Of a stretch of DNA of 64,000 nucleotides, positions 47,734 to 57,826 are shown in pieces. Position 1 is the first letter of the stretch, and each line of letters opens with the position of its first letter. The notes beneath the pieces were generated by a model. It saw nothing but the letters and a program-made list of their open reading frames with translations, was not told the origin of the DNA and searched no databases. Made by a program: the position numbers and the translations under genes. Origin of the DNA: an uncultured Gemmatimonadales bacterium (lineage in GTDB: Bacteria > Gemmatimonadota > Gemmatimonadetes > Longimicrobiales > RSA9); contig OY970192.1 in assembly GCA_963708135.1 (NCBI GenBank), positions 1,056,001-1,120,000 on the forward strand, written 5' to 3'.

Positions 47734-49671
47734 ATGGCGACAAGGCTTCAGGAAGAACCCGTCGCGCGAGAGCGTCGGGATGAGAAAGGGCGCGGCGCGC
47801 CAGGGCTGGAGCGGCGCGGCGAGCACACGGTCGAGATCGTCTCCGACTCGGGCGAAGGGGCGCAGAAGGCGGCGCAGATCTTCGGCGCGGTGTCGGCGAA
47901 GATGGGCAACGGCGTGTGGACCGTGGAGATCATCCCGGCGGAGATCCAGCCGCCGCCGCGGGAGCCTGCCGGGGCGAGCGGGAATCGGATCCGTCTCGGG
48001 TCGCGGGAGGTGACGAACTGGGGGGACGAGACGAACCTGGTCATCGCCTTCAACGAGCAGGTGCTGCTGAACCGGCACGAGCTCGGGGCGCTGGCGGAGG
48101 ACGCGGTGCTGCTGGTCGAGAACATGTGGGCGGCGCATCCGGACGAGGACATCCGGCGGCAGTGGCAGCGGGCGATGCGGCAGCTCGCGGGGCGCCGCTA
48201 CCGGGTGGTCGAGGTGCCGATGGAGGAGCAGTGCCTGACGGTCGTGGACAACGCGCGGAAGGGCAAGAACATGTTCGCGCTGGGGATCCTGTCCTGGATC
48301 TATGACCGCGACCTGGAGCTCGTGCGCGAGCAGATCGCCTACACGTTCCGGAAGAAGTCGCAGGAGGTCTACGACAAGAACGTCGCGCTCCTGGAGCTGG
48401 GGGTGCGCTGGGCGAGCGAGCACCTGGACTTCCGCATCGAGGTGCCGCCGACGCCGTCCACCACGCCGAAGGTGGTGATGAACGGCAACCAGGCGCTGGC
48501 GCTGGGCGGGATCGCGGCCGGGATGGAGCTGGCGGCGATGTACCCGATCACGCCGGCCACGTCGGTCTCGCACCACCTGGGCGAGGTGTTCGACTCGTAC
48601 GGCGGCGTGCTGCACCAGGCGGAGGACGAGATCGCGGCGATCGGCGTCGCGATCGGCGCCTCGTACGCGGGCAAGTGTGCCTTCACGATCACGTCGGGAC
48701 CGGGGCTCGCGCTGAAGACGGAGTTCCTCGGGCTCGCCACGATGATCGAGGTGCCGCTGGTGCTGGTGGACGTGCAGCGCGGCGGGCCGAGCACGGGGCT
48801 GCCCACGAAGGTCGAGCAGTCGGACCTGCTGGCGGTGCTGTACGGCCAGCCGGGCGACGCGCCGAAGGTGGTGCTCGCGCCGGCCACGATCGAGGAGTGC
48901 TTCCACGCGATGATCACGGCGCGGCGGATCGCCGATGCGTTCCGCACGCCGGTGATCGTGCTCTCCGATGCCAACCTCGCCACGGGCGTGCAGCCGTTCC
49001 CGCGGCCGAAGCCGGAGCCGCACTGGTTCGCGCCGCCCATGGACCAGAGTCCGGTGGCGGAGGGGAAGCGGCCGTACGACTGGGACGAGCGGACGGGGCT
49101 GGCGGAGCGCTTCATCCCGGGGCGGCCGGGCGGCATGCACACGCTGACCGGGCTCGTGCACGACGAGCGAGGCCGCGTCACCTACGACCAGCGGATGTAC
49201 CAGCACAGCTCGGACATGCGGGCGCGCAAGATCGCCGTGCTCCAGTCGATGCTGGAGCCGCCGGTCGTGAACGGCGATGAGGAAGGCGGCGACCTGCTGC
49301 TGGTGGGCTGGGGCAGCACGAAGGGCGCGATCGAGGAGGCGGTCGAGCGCGCGCGTGGCGAGGGGCTCTCGGTCTCCTCGACGCACCTGACCTTCCTCTC
49401 GCCGCTCCAGCCGGGGCTGAAGCAGATCTTCAGCCGGTTCCGCAAGGTGATGACGGTCGAGATCAACTACAGCGACGACCCGGCCGCGCCCTACGTGACC
49501 GAGGAGAACCGCCGGCGCGGGCAGCTGTCGATGCTGCTGCGCTCGGCCACCCTTGTGGACGTGGACTGCTGGACGCGCGTGCTCGGCGAGCCGCTGCGGC
49601 CCGGCGTGCTGGTCGAGGTGATCAAGAGCAACGTCAGTCGGGCGGGCGCCGCCCGGGGAGGTGCCGCGTGA
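47734..49671 (+). CDS. 2-oxoacid:ferredoxin oxidoreductase alpha subunit (gamma-alpha fusion)
   Basis: DSGEG, NGNQA, YPITPAT, QAEDEIAA, TSGPG, QRGGPSTGLPT, GWGST. Confidence 0.93.
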   Translation: MATRLQEEPVARERRDEKGRGAPGLERRGEHTVEIVSDSGEGAQKAAQIFGAVSAKMGNGVWTVEIIPAEIQPPPREPAGASGNRIRLGSREVTNWGDETNLVIAFNEQVLLNRHELGALAEDAVLLVENMWAAHPDEDIRRQWQRAMRQLAGRRYRVVEVPMEEQCLTVVDNARKGKNMFALGILSWIYDRDLELVREQIAYTFRKKSQEVYDKNVALLELGVRWASEHLDFRIEVPPTPSTTPKVVMNGNQALALGGIAAGMELAAMYPITPATSVSHHLGEVFDSYGGVLHQAEDEIAAIGVAIGASYAGKCAFTITSGPGLALKTEFLGLATMIEVPLVLVDVQRGGPSTGLPTKVEQSDLLAVLYGQPGDAPKVVLAPATIEECFHAMITARRIADAFRTPVIVLSDANLATGVQPFPRPKPEPHWFAPPMDQSPVAEGKRPYDWDERTGLAERFIPGRPGGMHTLTGLVHDERGRVTYDQRMYQHSSDMRARKIAVLQSMLEPPVVNGDEEGGDLLLVGWGSTKGAIEEAVERARGEGLSVSSTHLTFLSPLQPGLKQIFSRFRKVMTVEINYSDDPAAPYVTEENRRRGQLSMLLRSATLVDVDCWTRVLGEPLRPGVLVEVIKSNVSRAGAARGGAA

Positions 49672-50621
49672 GCTCCGCCTGCTCGCTCCTGGCCTTCGCG
49701 GCCGAGGACGACGACCGCGTCCTCGACCTTCACGACTACGAGGGCCCCGTGGCCCGCTGGTGCCCGGGGTGCGGGGACCACTCGGTGCTGACGGCCATGC
49801 AGAAGCTGCTCACGGCCGAGCAGCTGCTGCCCGAGACGACGGTCTTCGTGTCCGGGATCGGCTGCTCGAGCCGATTCCCGCACTACATGCACACCTACGG
49901 CTTCCACGGCATCCACGGGCGCGCGCTGCCGGTGGCCACGGGCGTCAAGCTCTCGCGCCCCGAACTGGACGTGTTCGTCGTCATGGGCGATGGCGATTGC
50001 ACCAGCATCGGCGCCGCGCACTGGCTGCACGCCATCCGCTACAACGTGGACATGACGGCGCTGCTGCTGGACAACAACATCTACGGGCTGACCAAGAAGC
50101 AGACCTCGCCCACCACGCCGCAGGGCTTCCCGAGCAACACGCAGCCGAAGGGCAGCTACCTGCCGCCGCTCAACCCGCTCGAGGCGACGCTGGGCGTGAC
50201 CAATGCCTCGTTCGTGGCGCAGACCGCCGAGTGGATCCCGTCGCACCTGTACGCGACGATCCGCGCGGCCTACCACCACAAGGGGTTCTCGTTCGTCCGC
50301 ATTCTCCAGCGCTGCCCGCAGTTCACCGACTCGCTGTTCAGGGAGGCGGTGCGGAAGCCGGCGCTCGTGGAGCTGCTCGTCCACGACGACGGCGTCATCG
50401 TGCCCGACCTGGACAGGGTCTACGAGAACCAGCTGCCGCACGACCCGAGCGACCTGGACGCGGCGAGGCGGCTGGCGGAGGCCTCCGATCGCATCCGGCT
50501 CGGCGTCTTCTACAGGAACGAGAGCCGGCCCCGCTACGACGAGATCCGCACCCTGCCGAGGCACACGGTGGAGGACAAGATCCGGATCATGAACGAGGAG
50601 CTCGACCGCTATGCCGTCTGA
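49668..50621 (+). CDS. 2-oxoacid:ferredoxin oxidoreductase beta subunit
   Basis: WCPGCG, SGIGCSSR, HGRALP, GDGD, NNIYGLTK. Confidence 0.93.
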   Translation: MSSACSLLAFAAEDDDRVLDLHDYEGPVARWCPGCGDHSVLTAMQKLLTAEQLLPETTVFVSGIGCSSRFPHYMHTYGFHGIHGRALPVATGVKLSRPELDVFVVMGDGDCTSIGAAHWLHAIRYNVDMTALLLDNNIYGLTKKQTSPTTPQGFPSNTQPKGSYLPPLNPLEATLGVTNASFVAQTAEWIPSHLYATIRAAYHHKGFSFVRILQRCPQFTDSLFREAVRKPALVELLVHDDGVIVPDLDRVYENQLPHDPSDLDAARRLAEASDRIRLGVFYRNESRPRYDEIRTLPRHTVEDKIRIMNEELDRYAV

Positions 50622-51615
50622 CGATCGGAGCCAGCAGGCACTGCGCGCGGTGGACGGAGCGCGCCGGACGTTCCACTCCGCCGTCGCCGCGGCCGTCGAC
50701 GAGGTGGATGCCTTCCTCGACGCGCACGCGCTCCCGGCCGGCGACGGTGCCGGCCGGGCCGGCGCGGAGCTCGGTCCCTTCGCGGCGGGCCGCATCGACG
50801 CGGCGCGCTTCGGCGCGCTGTTCGGCGGCGGCGTGGCCCTCGAGCCGGTTGCGCTCGAGACGGTGCGCCGGGCGCGCGCGGTGCTGGACGAGATCGCGGC
50901 CGGCAAGGACTCGCTCTTCCTGGCCAGCGTGCCGTCCGGCGGCGACCTGGGCGCCACGGCCGTGGCCGCGCTCGGCCGCGCCGGCCGCGCGTTCGGCGCG
51001 GGCCACGTGGTCGAGCTGATCCGCTCCGGCCGCTACCGCGCGGAGGCGCACGACCACTTCCTCGAGGTCTACCCACCCGAGCTCTGGAACCGGGCCGAGC
51101 GCGAGGTGGCGCCGCCGCTGGTGGTCGAGGTGGACGGCTCGGACCTGCACGTATGCGCCCTGGCCGACCTGCTGCAGGGGCAGCAGAAGCTGGTGCTGGT
51201 GGTGCGCGGCTCCTGTCCGCCCGCGCCTCTGGTGCGGGCCATCACTCCGCGCGTGCTGGTGCTGCAGGTGACGGAGCCGGGTGGCCTGGCGTCGCTGGCC
51301 GCGAGCGACGGGCCGGGCGTGGCGGCGCTGGTGCCGGAGGGCGCCGCGCGGTTCGCCCACGCCCCGCAGGCCGGCGCCTGTCTGGCGGACCGGCTCCAGG
51401 TGGCCAGCCTGCCGGAGCCGCCGCGCACGCCGCTCGCGCGCTACACGGTCTTCCAGCAGGCGGAGGAGCTCGCGCAGCTCGCCGCGCTCGCGACGGAGGC
51501 GGTGCGGCCGGCGGACGCTGCGGCTCCGGCCGCTGCCGAGGGTGGCGAGTTCACGACGGCGGACAAGCTGGCCGCGTGGCTGCTCCGGCACGCCAACCTT
51601 CCGGACCCGGCCTGA
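50611..51615 (+). CDS. Hypothetical protein in the OFOR-Rnf operon
   Basis: Overlaps the beta-subunit stop, has native codon usage, and shows no motif I recognise. Confidence 0.7.
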   Translation: MPSDDRSQQALRAVDGARRTFHSAVAAAVDEVDAFLDAHALPAGDGAGRAGAELGPFAAGRIDAARFGALFGGGVALEPVALETVRRARAVLDEIAAGKDSLFLASVPSGGDLGATAVAALGRAGRAFGAGHVVELIRSGRYRAEAHDHFLEVYPPELWNRAEREVAPPLVVEVDGSDLHVCALADLLQGQQKLVLVVRGSCPPAPLVRAITPRVLVLQVTEPGGLASLAASDGPGVAALVPEGAARFAHAPQAGACLADRLQVASLPEPPRTPLARYTVFQQAEELAQLAALATEAVRPADAAAPAAAEGGEFTTADKLAAWLLRHANLPDPA

Positions 51616-51628
51616 GAGGGGCGGCGGC

Positions 51629-52471
51629 ATGGGCGTGATCCTCGGCTCGGTCGCGATCCTGGGCGGCGTGGGGGTGATCTTCGGGATCCTCATCGCGCTC
51701 GCCAACAAGAAGCTGCGCGTGTGGGAGGACCCGCGCGTGGACGGCGTGGCCGATCTGCTGCCCAACAACAACTGCGGTGCCTGCGGCTTCGCGGGCTGCC
51801 GCGCGTTCGCGGAGGCGGTGGTCCGCGGCGAGACGGCGCCGGCGCAGTGCACGGTCATGAACGACGACCAGCGCGGCGACGTGGCCGCCTACCTGGGCGT
51901 CGATGCGGGCCAGGCGACGAAGCGGGTCGCGCGGCTGCTGTGCGCGGGCGGCGACGACGTCGCCATCCGGAAGGCGGAGTACCGCGGCATCGAGAGCTGC
52001 GCCGCCGCGGTGGCGGTGACGGGCGGCGGCAAGGGGTGCGCCTGGGGGTGCGTCGGCTATGCCGACTGCGCCGTGGCGTGCGACTTCGACGCCATCCTCA
52101 TGAGCGACACCGGGCTGCCGGTGGTGGACGTCGAGAAGTGCACCGCCTGCGGCGACTGCGTCGATGCATGCCCGCTGGACCTCTTCACCATCCTGCCGCT
52201 GGACGCCCACCTGCTGGTGCAGTGCAGGAGCCTGCTGGAGGGCGAGGCGGCCACGGACGTGTGCAGCGTCGCGTGCAACGCGTGCGGCCGCTGCGCCGCG
52301 GACGCGCCCGGGCTGATCACGATGCGGCGCGGCCTGGCCGTGATCGACTACGACCGCATCGAGCTGCAGAGCAGAAAGGCCATAGGGCGCTGCCCGACCG
52401 GCGCCATCGCGTGGGTCGAGGGCGCGCAATTCACCATGCAGCTTCCCGCGTCAGGGAGCGGAGTGTCATGA
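51629..52471 (+). CDS. rnfB: Rnf complex subunit B
   Basis: N-terminal TM, LPNNNCGACGFAGC, several CxxCxxCxxxC motifs. Confidence 0.92.
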   Translation: MGVILGSVAILGGVGVIFGILIALANKKLRVWEDPRVDGVADLLPNNNCGACGFAGCRAFAEAVVRGETAPAQCTVMNDDQRGDVAAYLGVDAGQATKRVARLLCAGGDDVAIRKAEYRGIESCAAAVAVTGGGKGCAWGCVGYADCAVACDFDAILMSDTGLPVVDVEKCTACGDCVDACPLDLFTILPLDAHLLVQCRSLLEGEAATDVCSVACNACGRCAADAPGLITMRRGLAVIDYDRIELQSRKAIGRCPTGAIAWVEGAQFTMQLPASGSGVS

Positions 52472-55400
52472 GCAGCCGCAAGCAGGCGGAGCCGGAGCGC
52501 CCCGGACCGAAGTACCCGGGGCAGCCGGAGGCGATGGACGGCAGCGCGGCCGTCGTCGAGATGGAGACCGCGGCCAGCGAGGCGGCGGGCGCCTACCCGA
52601 TCACACCCTCGACACAGATGGGCGAGGGCTGGGCGCTGGCCGTGGCGGGCGGCAAGACCAACGTGAACGGCCGCCGGCTGCTCTTCTTCGAGCCGGAGGG
52701 CGAGCACGCGGCGGCGGCGGTCACGGCCGGGATGAGCATGGTCGGGCTGCGGGCCACCAACTTCTCGAGCGGGCAGGGCATCGCCTACATGCACGAGTCG
52801 CTCTACGCGGCCGTCGGCAAGCGCCTGACCTACGTGCTGAACGTGGCCGCGCGCGCCATGACCAAGCACGCGCTCAACGTGCACGCCGGCCACGACGACT
52901 ACCACGCCGTGGACGACACCGGCTTCTTCCAGCTGTTCGCCAAGGACGTGCAGGAGGCGGCCGACCTGAACCTGATCGCGCACCGCGTGGCCGAGCTGGC
53001 GCTGAACCCGGGGCTCGTGGCGCAGGACGGCTTCCTCACCAGCCACGTGATCGAGTCGATCCGGCTGCCCGAGCGCGCGCTGATCAAGGAGTACCTGGGC
53101 GACCCCGCGGACATGGTGGAGTCCCCGACGCCCGCGCAGCGCCTGGTGTTCGGCGAGACGCGCCGGCGCATCCCGGAGATGTTCGATCTGGACTACCCGT
53201 CCATGATCGGCGTCGTGCAGAACCAGGACGCCTACGCGCAGGGCGTGGCCGCCCAGCGGCCCTTCTACTTCGACCACGTGGCCGAGCTCACCGACCGCGC
53301 CATGCGCGAGTACGCCGAGCTCACCGGCCGCACCTACGCCCGCGCCACCGGCTACCGCATGCAGGACGCCGAGTGGGTCATCTGCGGCCAGGGCTCCGTG
53401 GTGCCCAACGCCGAGGCCGTGGCCGACTGGCTGCGCGAGAACCGCGGCCTCAGGGTCGGCGTGCTCAACCTCACCATGTTCCGCCCGTTCCCGGCCGACC
53501 TGGTCACGCACCTGCTGCGTGGCAAGAAGGGCGTCACCGTCCTCGAGCGCGTGGACCAGCCGCTGGCCGTCGATCCGCCGCTGCTGCGCGAGATCCGCGC
53601 GGCCATGACGCAAGCGCTCGAGAACGGCCGCGCCGTCGCCGCGAACGGTAACCGCGCGGCGGGGCGAGCCACCACGAGCGGGCATTCCGGCATGGCGTTC
53701 GGATGGGGACGGGGCCGCGCCGAAGCGGCCACGAACGGCGACGCCGCCGCCCCACCGATGCCGTACCCGAAGCTCGCCGCCGCCCTTCCCGACGAGTTGC
53801 CGGACTTCTTCTCCGGCGGCTTCGGCTTCGGCAGCCGCGACCTGCAGCCAGGCGACATCGTTGCGGCCGTGGAGAACATGGTGCCGCAGGCGCAAGCGCA
53901 AGGGCAAGCGCAAGCGCAAGCGCACGCGCAAGCGCACGCGCGAGCGCACGCCCAAAACCAAAACCAAAACCAAAACCAAAACCCGGAGCGGCGCGGGGCC
54001 GGGCGGAGGCAGCGCCAGTTCTACCTCGGGATCGACTTCATCCGCAAGGGCACGAAGCTGCCCAAGCTGCAGCTGTGGCAGGAGCAGCTGCTGGAGGGCT
54101 ACCCGCACCTGGCGGAGCTGGCGCTCGAGTCGGCAGGCGACCTCAACCTGCACCCGGAGGGCTCCGTCTCGCTGCGCATCCACTCGGTGGGCGGCTGGGG
54201 CGCGATCACGACCGGGAAGAACCTGGCGCTCACGGCGTACGAGCTGGCCGGGCTCAACATCAAGGCCAACCCGAAGTACGGCTCGGAAAAGAAGGGACAG
54301 CCGACCACCTTCTACGCCACGCTCTCGCACCAGTCCCTCAGGATCAACGCGGAGCTGAAGCACGTCGATGTGGTACTGAGCCCGGACCCGAACGTGTTCC
54401 GCCACTCCAACCCGCTGGCGGGGCTGGCCGAGGGCGGCGTGTTCGTGATCCAGAGCGACCAGACGCCGGAGCAGGTGTGGGCGTCACTGCCGGCCACGGC
54501 GCAGGTGGACATCATCGAGAAGAAGCTGGCCGTCTACGCGCTGGACGGCTTCAGCATCGCGGGGGAGGAGGCCTCGGATCCCGAGCTCCGCTACCGCATG
54601 CAGGGCGCCGCCTTCATGGGCGCCTTCTTCGCCGCCTCGCCGCTGGCGGCGCGCGAGGGGCTGGACGAGGCCCGGCTGTTCGAGGGGATCGAGGCGCAGC
54701 TCGAGAAAAAGTTCGGCAAGCTGGGCAAGCGCGTGGTGGACGACAACCTGCGCGTGATCCGGCGCGGCTACGAGGAGATGCGGAAGGTGCCGGTCGGGGC
54801 GGTGAGCGACGAGGTGTCCTCCGCGCTGGCCACGGCGAACGTGCCGGCGCTCATGGACGTGATCGGCGCGGCCGAGGGGCCGGGCAACCCGGGCCGCTTC
54901 TGGGAGCAGGTCTGCTCGATCTACGCCAGCGGCGGCGACGGCATCGCGGACCCGTTCGCGGCGATCAGCGCGGTTCCGGCGGCCAGCAGCACGTTCCGCG
55001 ACATGACCAACATCCGCTTCGAGGTGCCCGAGTTCATCGCCTCGAAGTGCACGGGCTGCGCGCAGTGCTGGACGCAGTGCCCCGACGCGGCGATCCCGGG
55101 GCTGGTCAACACGCCGGAGGAGATCCTGGACGCGGCGATCCGGACGGCGCAGAACGGCCGCTCCTTCGACCGGTTGCGCCAGGTCTCGAAGCACATCGCG
55201 AAGGAAGCGAACAAGGTGATGCAGGGCGTGCCCTTCACCACCTTCGGCGACGTGCTCTCCGCCGCCTACCAGAACGTGGCCGGGAAGCTCGGCTGGGAGG
55301 CCGACCGGCGCGCCGAGCTGGACGAGGAGTTCGCCGCCGTGTTCCCGCGCATCGCCGAGCTGCCGCTGGCGAAGACGGCGCCGTTCTTCGACGTGCCGGA

Positions 55401-57816
55401 GTCGAAGCAGAAGGGCAGCGGCGGCGTCCTCTCCATCACGATCAACCCCGAGGCGTGCAAGGGCTGCAACATCTGCGTGGACGTCTGCCCCGAGAACGCG
55501 CTCATCACGGTCAGGCAGGACGAGGACATCGTCGCGAAGCTGCGCCGCAACTGGGAGCTGTGGCAGAACCTGCCCGACACGGACGAGCGCTACGTGAACG
55601 TCTCGAACCTCGAGGAGGGGATCGGCGTCCTGTCCTCGGTGCTCCTGCACAAGGACGCCTACCGCAGCATGGTGGGCGGCGACGGCGCCTGCATGGGCTG
55701 TGGCGAGAAGACCACGGTGCACCTGGTGGTCTCCGCCATCGAGGCGCTCATGCAGCCGCGCGTGAAGAGGCACGTGGAGAAGCTCGATGCGCTGATTGCC
55801 ACGCTGGACGCGAAGGGCCGCGCGCTGCTCTCGGCGGACGCGGACCTGGATCTCGCGGCGGCGGCGGCCGGCACGGTGGACGTGCCCGTGCCCGCGGAGA
55901 AGCGAGCCGAGCTACGCCGCCTGACGGACGCGATCCACGCGCTGCGGGACCTGCGCTGGCGCTACGTCGAGGGGCCGGGTGGGAAGGGGAGGGCCGCGCT
56001 CGGGATCAGCAACAGCACGGGCTGCTCCTCGGTGTGGGCGAGCACGTATCCGTTCAACCCGTACCCGTTTCCGTGGGTGAACCACCTGTTCCAGGACTCG
56101 CCCTCGATCGCCATCGGCATCTTCGAGGGGCACATGCGCAAGATGGCGGACGGCCTCGCCGCGGTGCGCCGCGCCGAGCTGCTCGCCGGGGACGCCTACG
56201 ACGCGGAGGTCCACGAGGCAGAGCTGCAGGCCTTCGACTGGCGCGCCTTCACCGACGAGGAGTTCAACCTCTGTCCGCCGATCCTGGCCGTGGGCGGCGA
56301 TGGCGCGATGCTCGACATCGGCTTCCAGAACCTGTCCCGCCTGCTCGCCTCCGGGAAGCCGGTGCGCGTGCTCGTGCTCGACACGCAGGTCTACTCCAAC
56401 ACGGGGGGACAGGCGTGCACCAGCGGCTTCACCGGCCAGGTGGCCGACATGGCCGCCTGGGGCAAGGTCCAGCACGGCAAGGAGGAGATCCGCAAGGAGC
56501 TCGCCCTCATCGCCATCGCGCACCGCGGCGCCTTCGTGCACCAGACCTCGCAGGCCAACCCGACGCACCTGCTGGCCGGCGTGATCAAGGGGCTGCACTC
56601 GCGCCGCCCCGCGGTCTTCAACATCTATACGCCCTGCCCGGTCGAGCACGGGCTGCCCGATGAGTGGGCGCCGCACGCGGCGCGCCTCGCGCTCGAGAGC
56701 CGCGCGTTCCCGCTGCTGACCTACGACCCCGATGCGGGCCGGGCCGTGGCCGACTGCCTCTCGCTCGAGGGCAACCCCTCGATCGACGAGACCTGGCCGA
56801 CCTACGAGCTGAGCTACGTCGATGCGGACGGCGCCGACAAGACGCTCGAGCTGCCCGTCACCATCGCGGACTGGGCCGCCACCGAGGGGCGCTTCAAGAA
56901 GCACTTCCGCAAGGTGGCCGAGGCCGACTGGAACGAGGACATGGTGCCGTTCCACGAGTTCGTCGCCCTCTCGCCGGAGGAGCGGGAAGGGAAGAGCAGC
57001 TACGTCCTCACCCTGGCTCCGGACCGGCGCCTCGAGCGGCTGTCCGTCTCCCGCGAGATGGTCACGCTGGCCGAGGACCGGCTGCTCTTCTGGGCCCAGC
57101 TCAAGGAGCTCGCCGGGCTCGAGGTGCCCGAGGTCGTGCGCGACCGGCTCACCTCCGAGATGGAGGACGAGTACGAGGGCAGGCTGGCCGCGCTCCGCGG
57201 CGAGTACGAGGCGCGCCTCGCGGAGCTCAAGGCGACGTATCCGCGCGTCATCGCGCGCCGCCTGGCCGAGGGCCTCGTGCGCGGCACGGCCGGCGGGCGC
57301 CAGACCGTGGCCGACCTGCTCAGGACCGCCGAGGAGACGCCCGGGCTCGAGCCGATCCGGTTCGACCCCGCGGCCGAGGCCGCGCTCGGCGGCGGCGCGG
57401 GCGCGGGCTCGACGTCGCCGGTGCCGGCGGCGGCCGCCACTGCCGCGGCGGCGGACGGCTCCGCTTCGGGCCCCGTCCCGGCCGCGTCGGGCGGCGCTGC
57501 GACTGCGGCTGCGGCGGTCTCCGCCTCGGGGGGTGGGGTGGCGGTGGCGGAGGAGGATGAGGGGCTCGCGATCGAGCCCTACATCGAGTCCGCCCGCTGC
57601 ACGACGTGCAACGAGTGCACGAACCTGAACAAGAAGATGTTCGCGTACAACGAGGAAAAGCAGGCGTACATCAGGGACCCGCGCGCCGGCAGCTTCGCGC
57701 AGCTGGTGCAGGCGGCGGAGCGGTGCCCGGCGGGGATCATCCACCCCGGCACGCCGCTCAACCCGAAGGAGAAGGGCCTCGAGAAGTGGATCGAGCGCGC
57801 CATCCCGTTCAACTGA
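52468..57816 (+). CDS. Large single-chain pyruvate:ferredoxin oxidoreductase-like protein (1782 aa) with a C-terminal ferredoxin domain
   Basis: YPITPS, CTGCAQC, CKGCNIC, GACMGCGE, GGDG, YSNTGGQ, terminal CTTCNEC..ERCP. Confidence 0.9.
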   Translation: MSSRKQAEPERPGPKYPGQPEAMDGSAAVVEMETAASEAAGAYPITPSTQMGEGWALAVAGGKTNVNGRRLLFFEPEGEHAAAAVTAGMSMVGLRATNFSSGQGIAYMHESLYAAVGKRLTYVLNVAARAMTKHALNVHAGHDDYHAVDDTGFFQLFAKDVQEAADLNLIAHRVAELALNPGLVAQDGFLTSHVIESIRLPERALIKEYLGDPADMVESPTPAQRLVFGETRRRIPEMFDLDYPSMIGVVQNQDAYAQGVAAQRPFYFDHVAELTDRAMREYAELTGRTYARATGYRMQDAEWVICGQGSVVPNAEAVADWLRENRGLRVGVLNLTMFRPFPADLVTHLLRGKKGVTVLERVDQPLAVDPPLLREIRAAMTQALENGRAVAANGNRAAGRATTSGHSGMAFGWGRGRAEAATNGDAAAPPMPYPKLAAALPDELPDFFSGGFGFGSRDLQPGDIVAAVENMVPQAQAQGQAQAQAHAQAHARAHAQNQNQNQNQNPERRGAGRRQRQFYLGIDFIRKGTKLPKLQLWQEQLLEGYPHLAELALESAGDLNLHPEGSVSLRIHSVGGWGAITTGKNLALTAYELAGLNIKANPKYGSEKKGQPTTFYATLSHQSLRINAELKHVDVVLSPDPNVFRHSNPLAGLAEGGVFVIQSDQTPEQVWASLPATAQVDIIEKKLAVYALDGFSIAGEEASDPELRYRMQGAAFMGAFFAASPLAAREGLDEARLFEGIEAQLEKKFGKLGKRVVDDNLRVIRRGYEEMRKVPVGAVSDEVSSALATANVPALMDVIGAAEGPGNPGRFWEQVCSIYASGGDGIADPFAAISAVPAASSTFRDMTNIRFEVPEFIASKCTGCAQCWTQCPDAAIPGLVNTPEEILDAAIRTAQNGRSFDRLRQVSKHIAKEANKVMQGVPFTTFGDVLSAAYQNVAGKLGWEADRRAELDEEFAAVFPRIAELPLAKTAPFFDVPESKQKGSGGVLSITINPEACKGCNICVDVCPENALITVRQDEDIVAKLRRNWELWQNLPDTDERYVNVSNLEEGIGVLSSVLLHKDAYRSMVGGDGACMGCGEKTTVHLVVSAIEALMQPRVKRHVEKLDALIATLDAKGRALLSADADLDLAAAAAGTVDVPVPAEKRAELRRLTDAIHALRDLRWRYVEGPGGKGRAALGISNSTGCSSVWASTYPFNPYPFPWVNHLFQDSPSIAIGIFEGHMRKMADGLAAVRRAELLAGDAYDAEVHEAELQAFDWRAFTDEEFNLCPPILAVGGDGAMLDIGFQNLSRLLASGKPVRVLVLDTQVYSNTGGQACTSGFTGQVADMAAWGKVQHGKEEIRKELALIAIAHRGAFVHQTSQANPTHLLAGVIKGLHSRRPAVFNIYTPCPVEHGLPDEWAPHAARLALESRAFPLLTYDPDAGRAVADCLSLEGNPSIDETWPTYELSYVDADGADKTLELPVTIADWAATEGRFKKHFRKVAEADWNEDMVPFHEFVALSPEEREGKSSYVLTLAPDRRLERLSVSREMVTLAEDRLLFWAQLKELAGLEVPEVVRDRLTSEMEDEYEGRLAALRGEYEARLAELKATYPRVIARRLAEGLVRGTAGGRQTVADLLRTAEETPGLEPIRFDPAAEAALGGGAGAGSTSPVPAAAATAAAADGSASGPVPAASGGAATAAAAVSASGGGVAVAEEDEGLAIEPYIESARCTTCNECTNLNKKMFAYNEEKQAYIRDPRAGSFAQLVQAAERCPAGIIHPGTPLNPKEKGLEKWIERAIPFN
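53887..53982 (+). repeat. In-frame hexamer microsatellites (GCGCAA)n and (CAAAAC)n
   Basis: Encode QAQAQGQAQAQAHAQAHARAHAQNQNQNQNQN. Confidence 0.85.
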
Positions 57817-57826
57817 GCGGAGAGAG

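Noticed and set aside
51721..52467. N-terminal extension of the 2031-aa ORF, suggesting an RnfB-PFOR fusion
   Set aside because: It is in a different frame from rnfB. The real start is the ATG at 52468 overlapping the rnfB stop.
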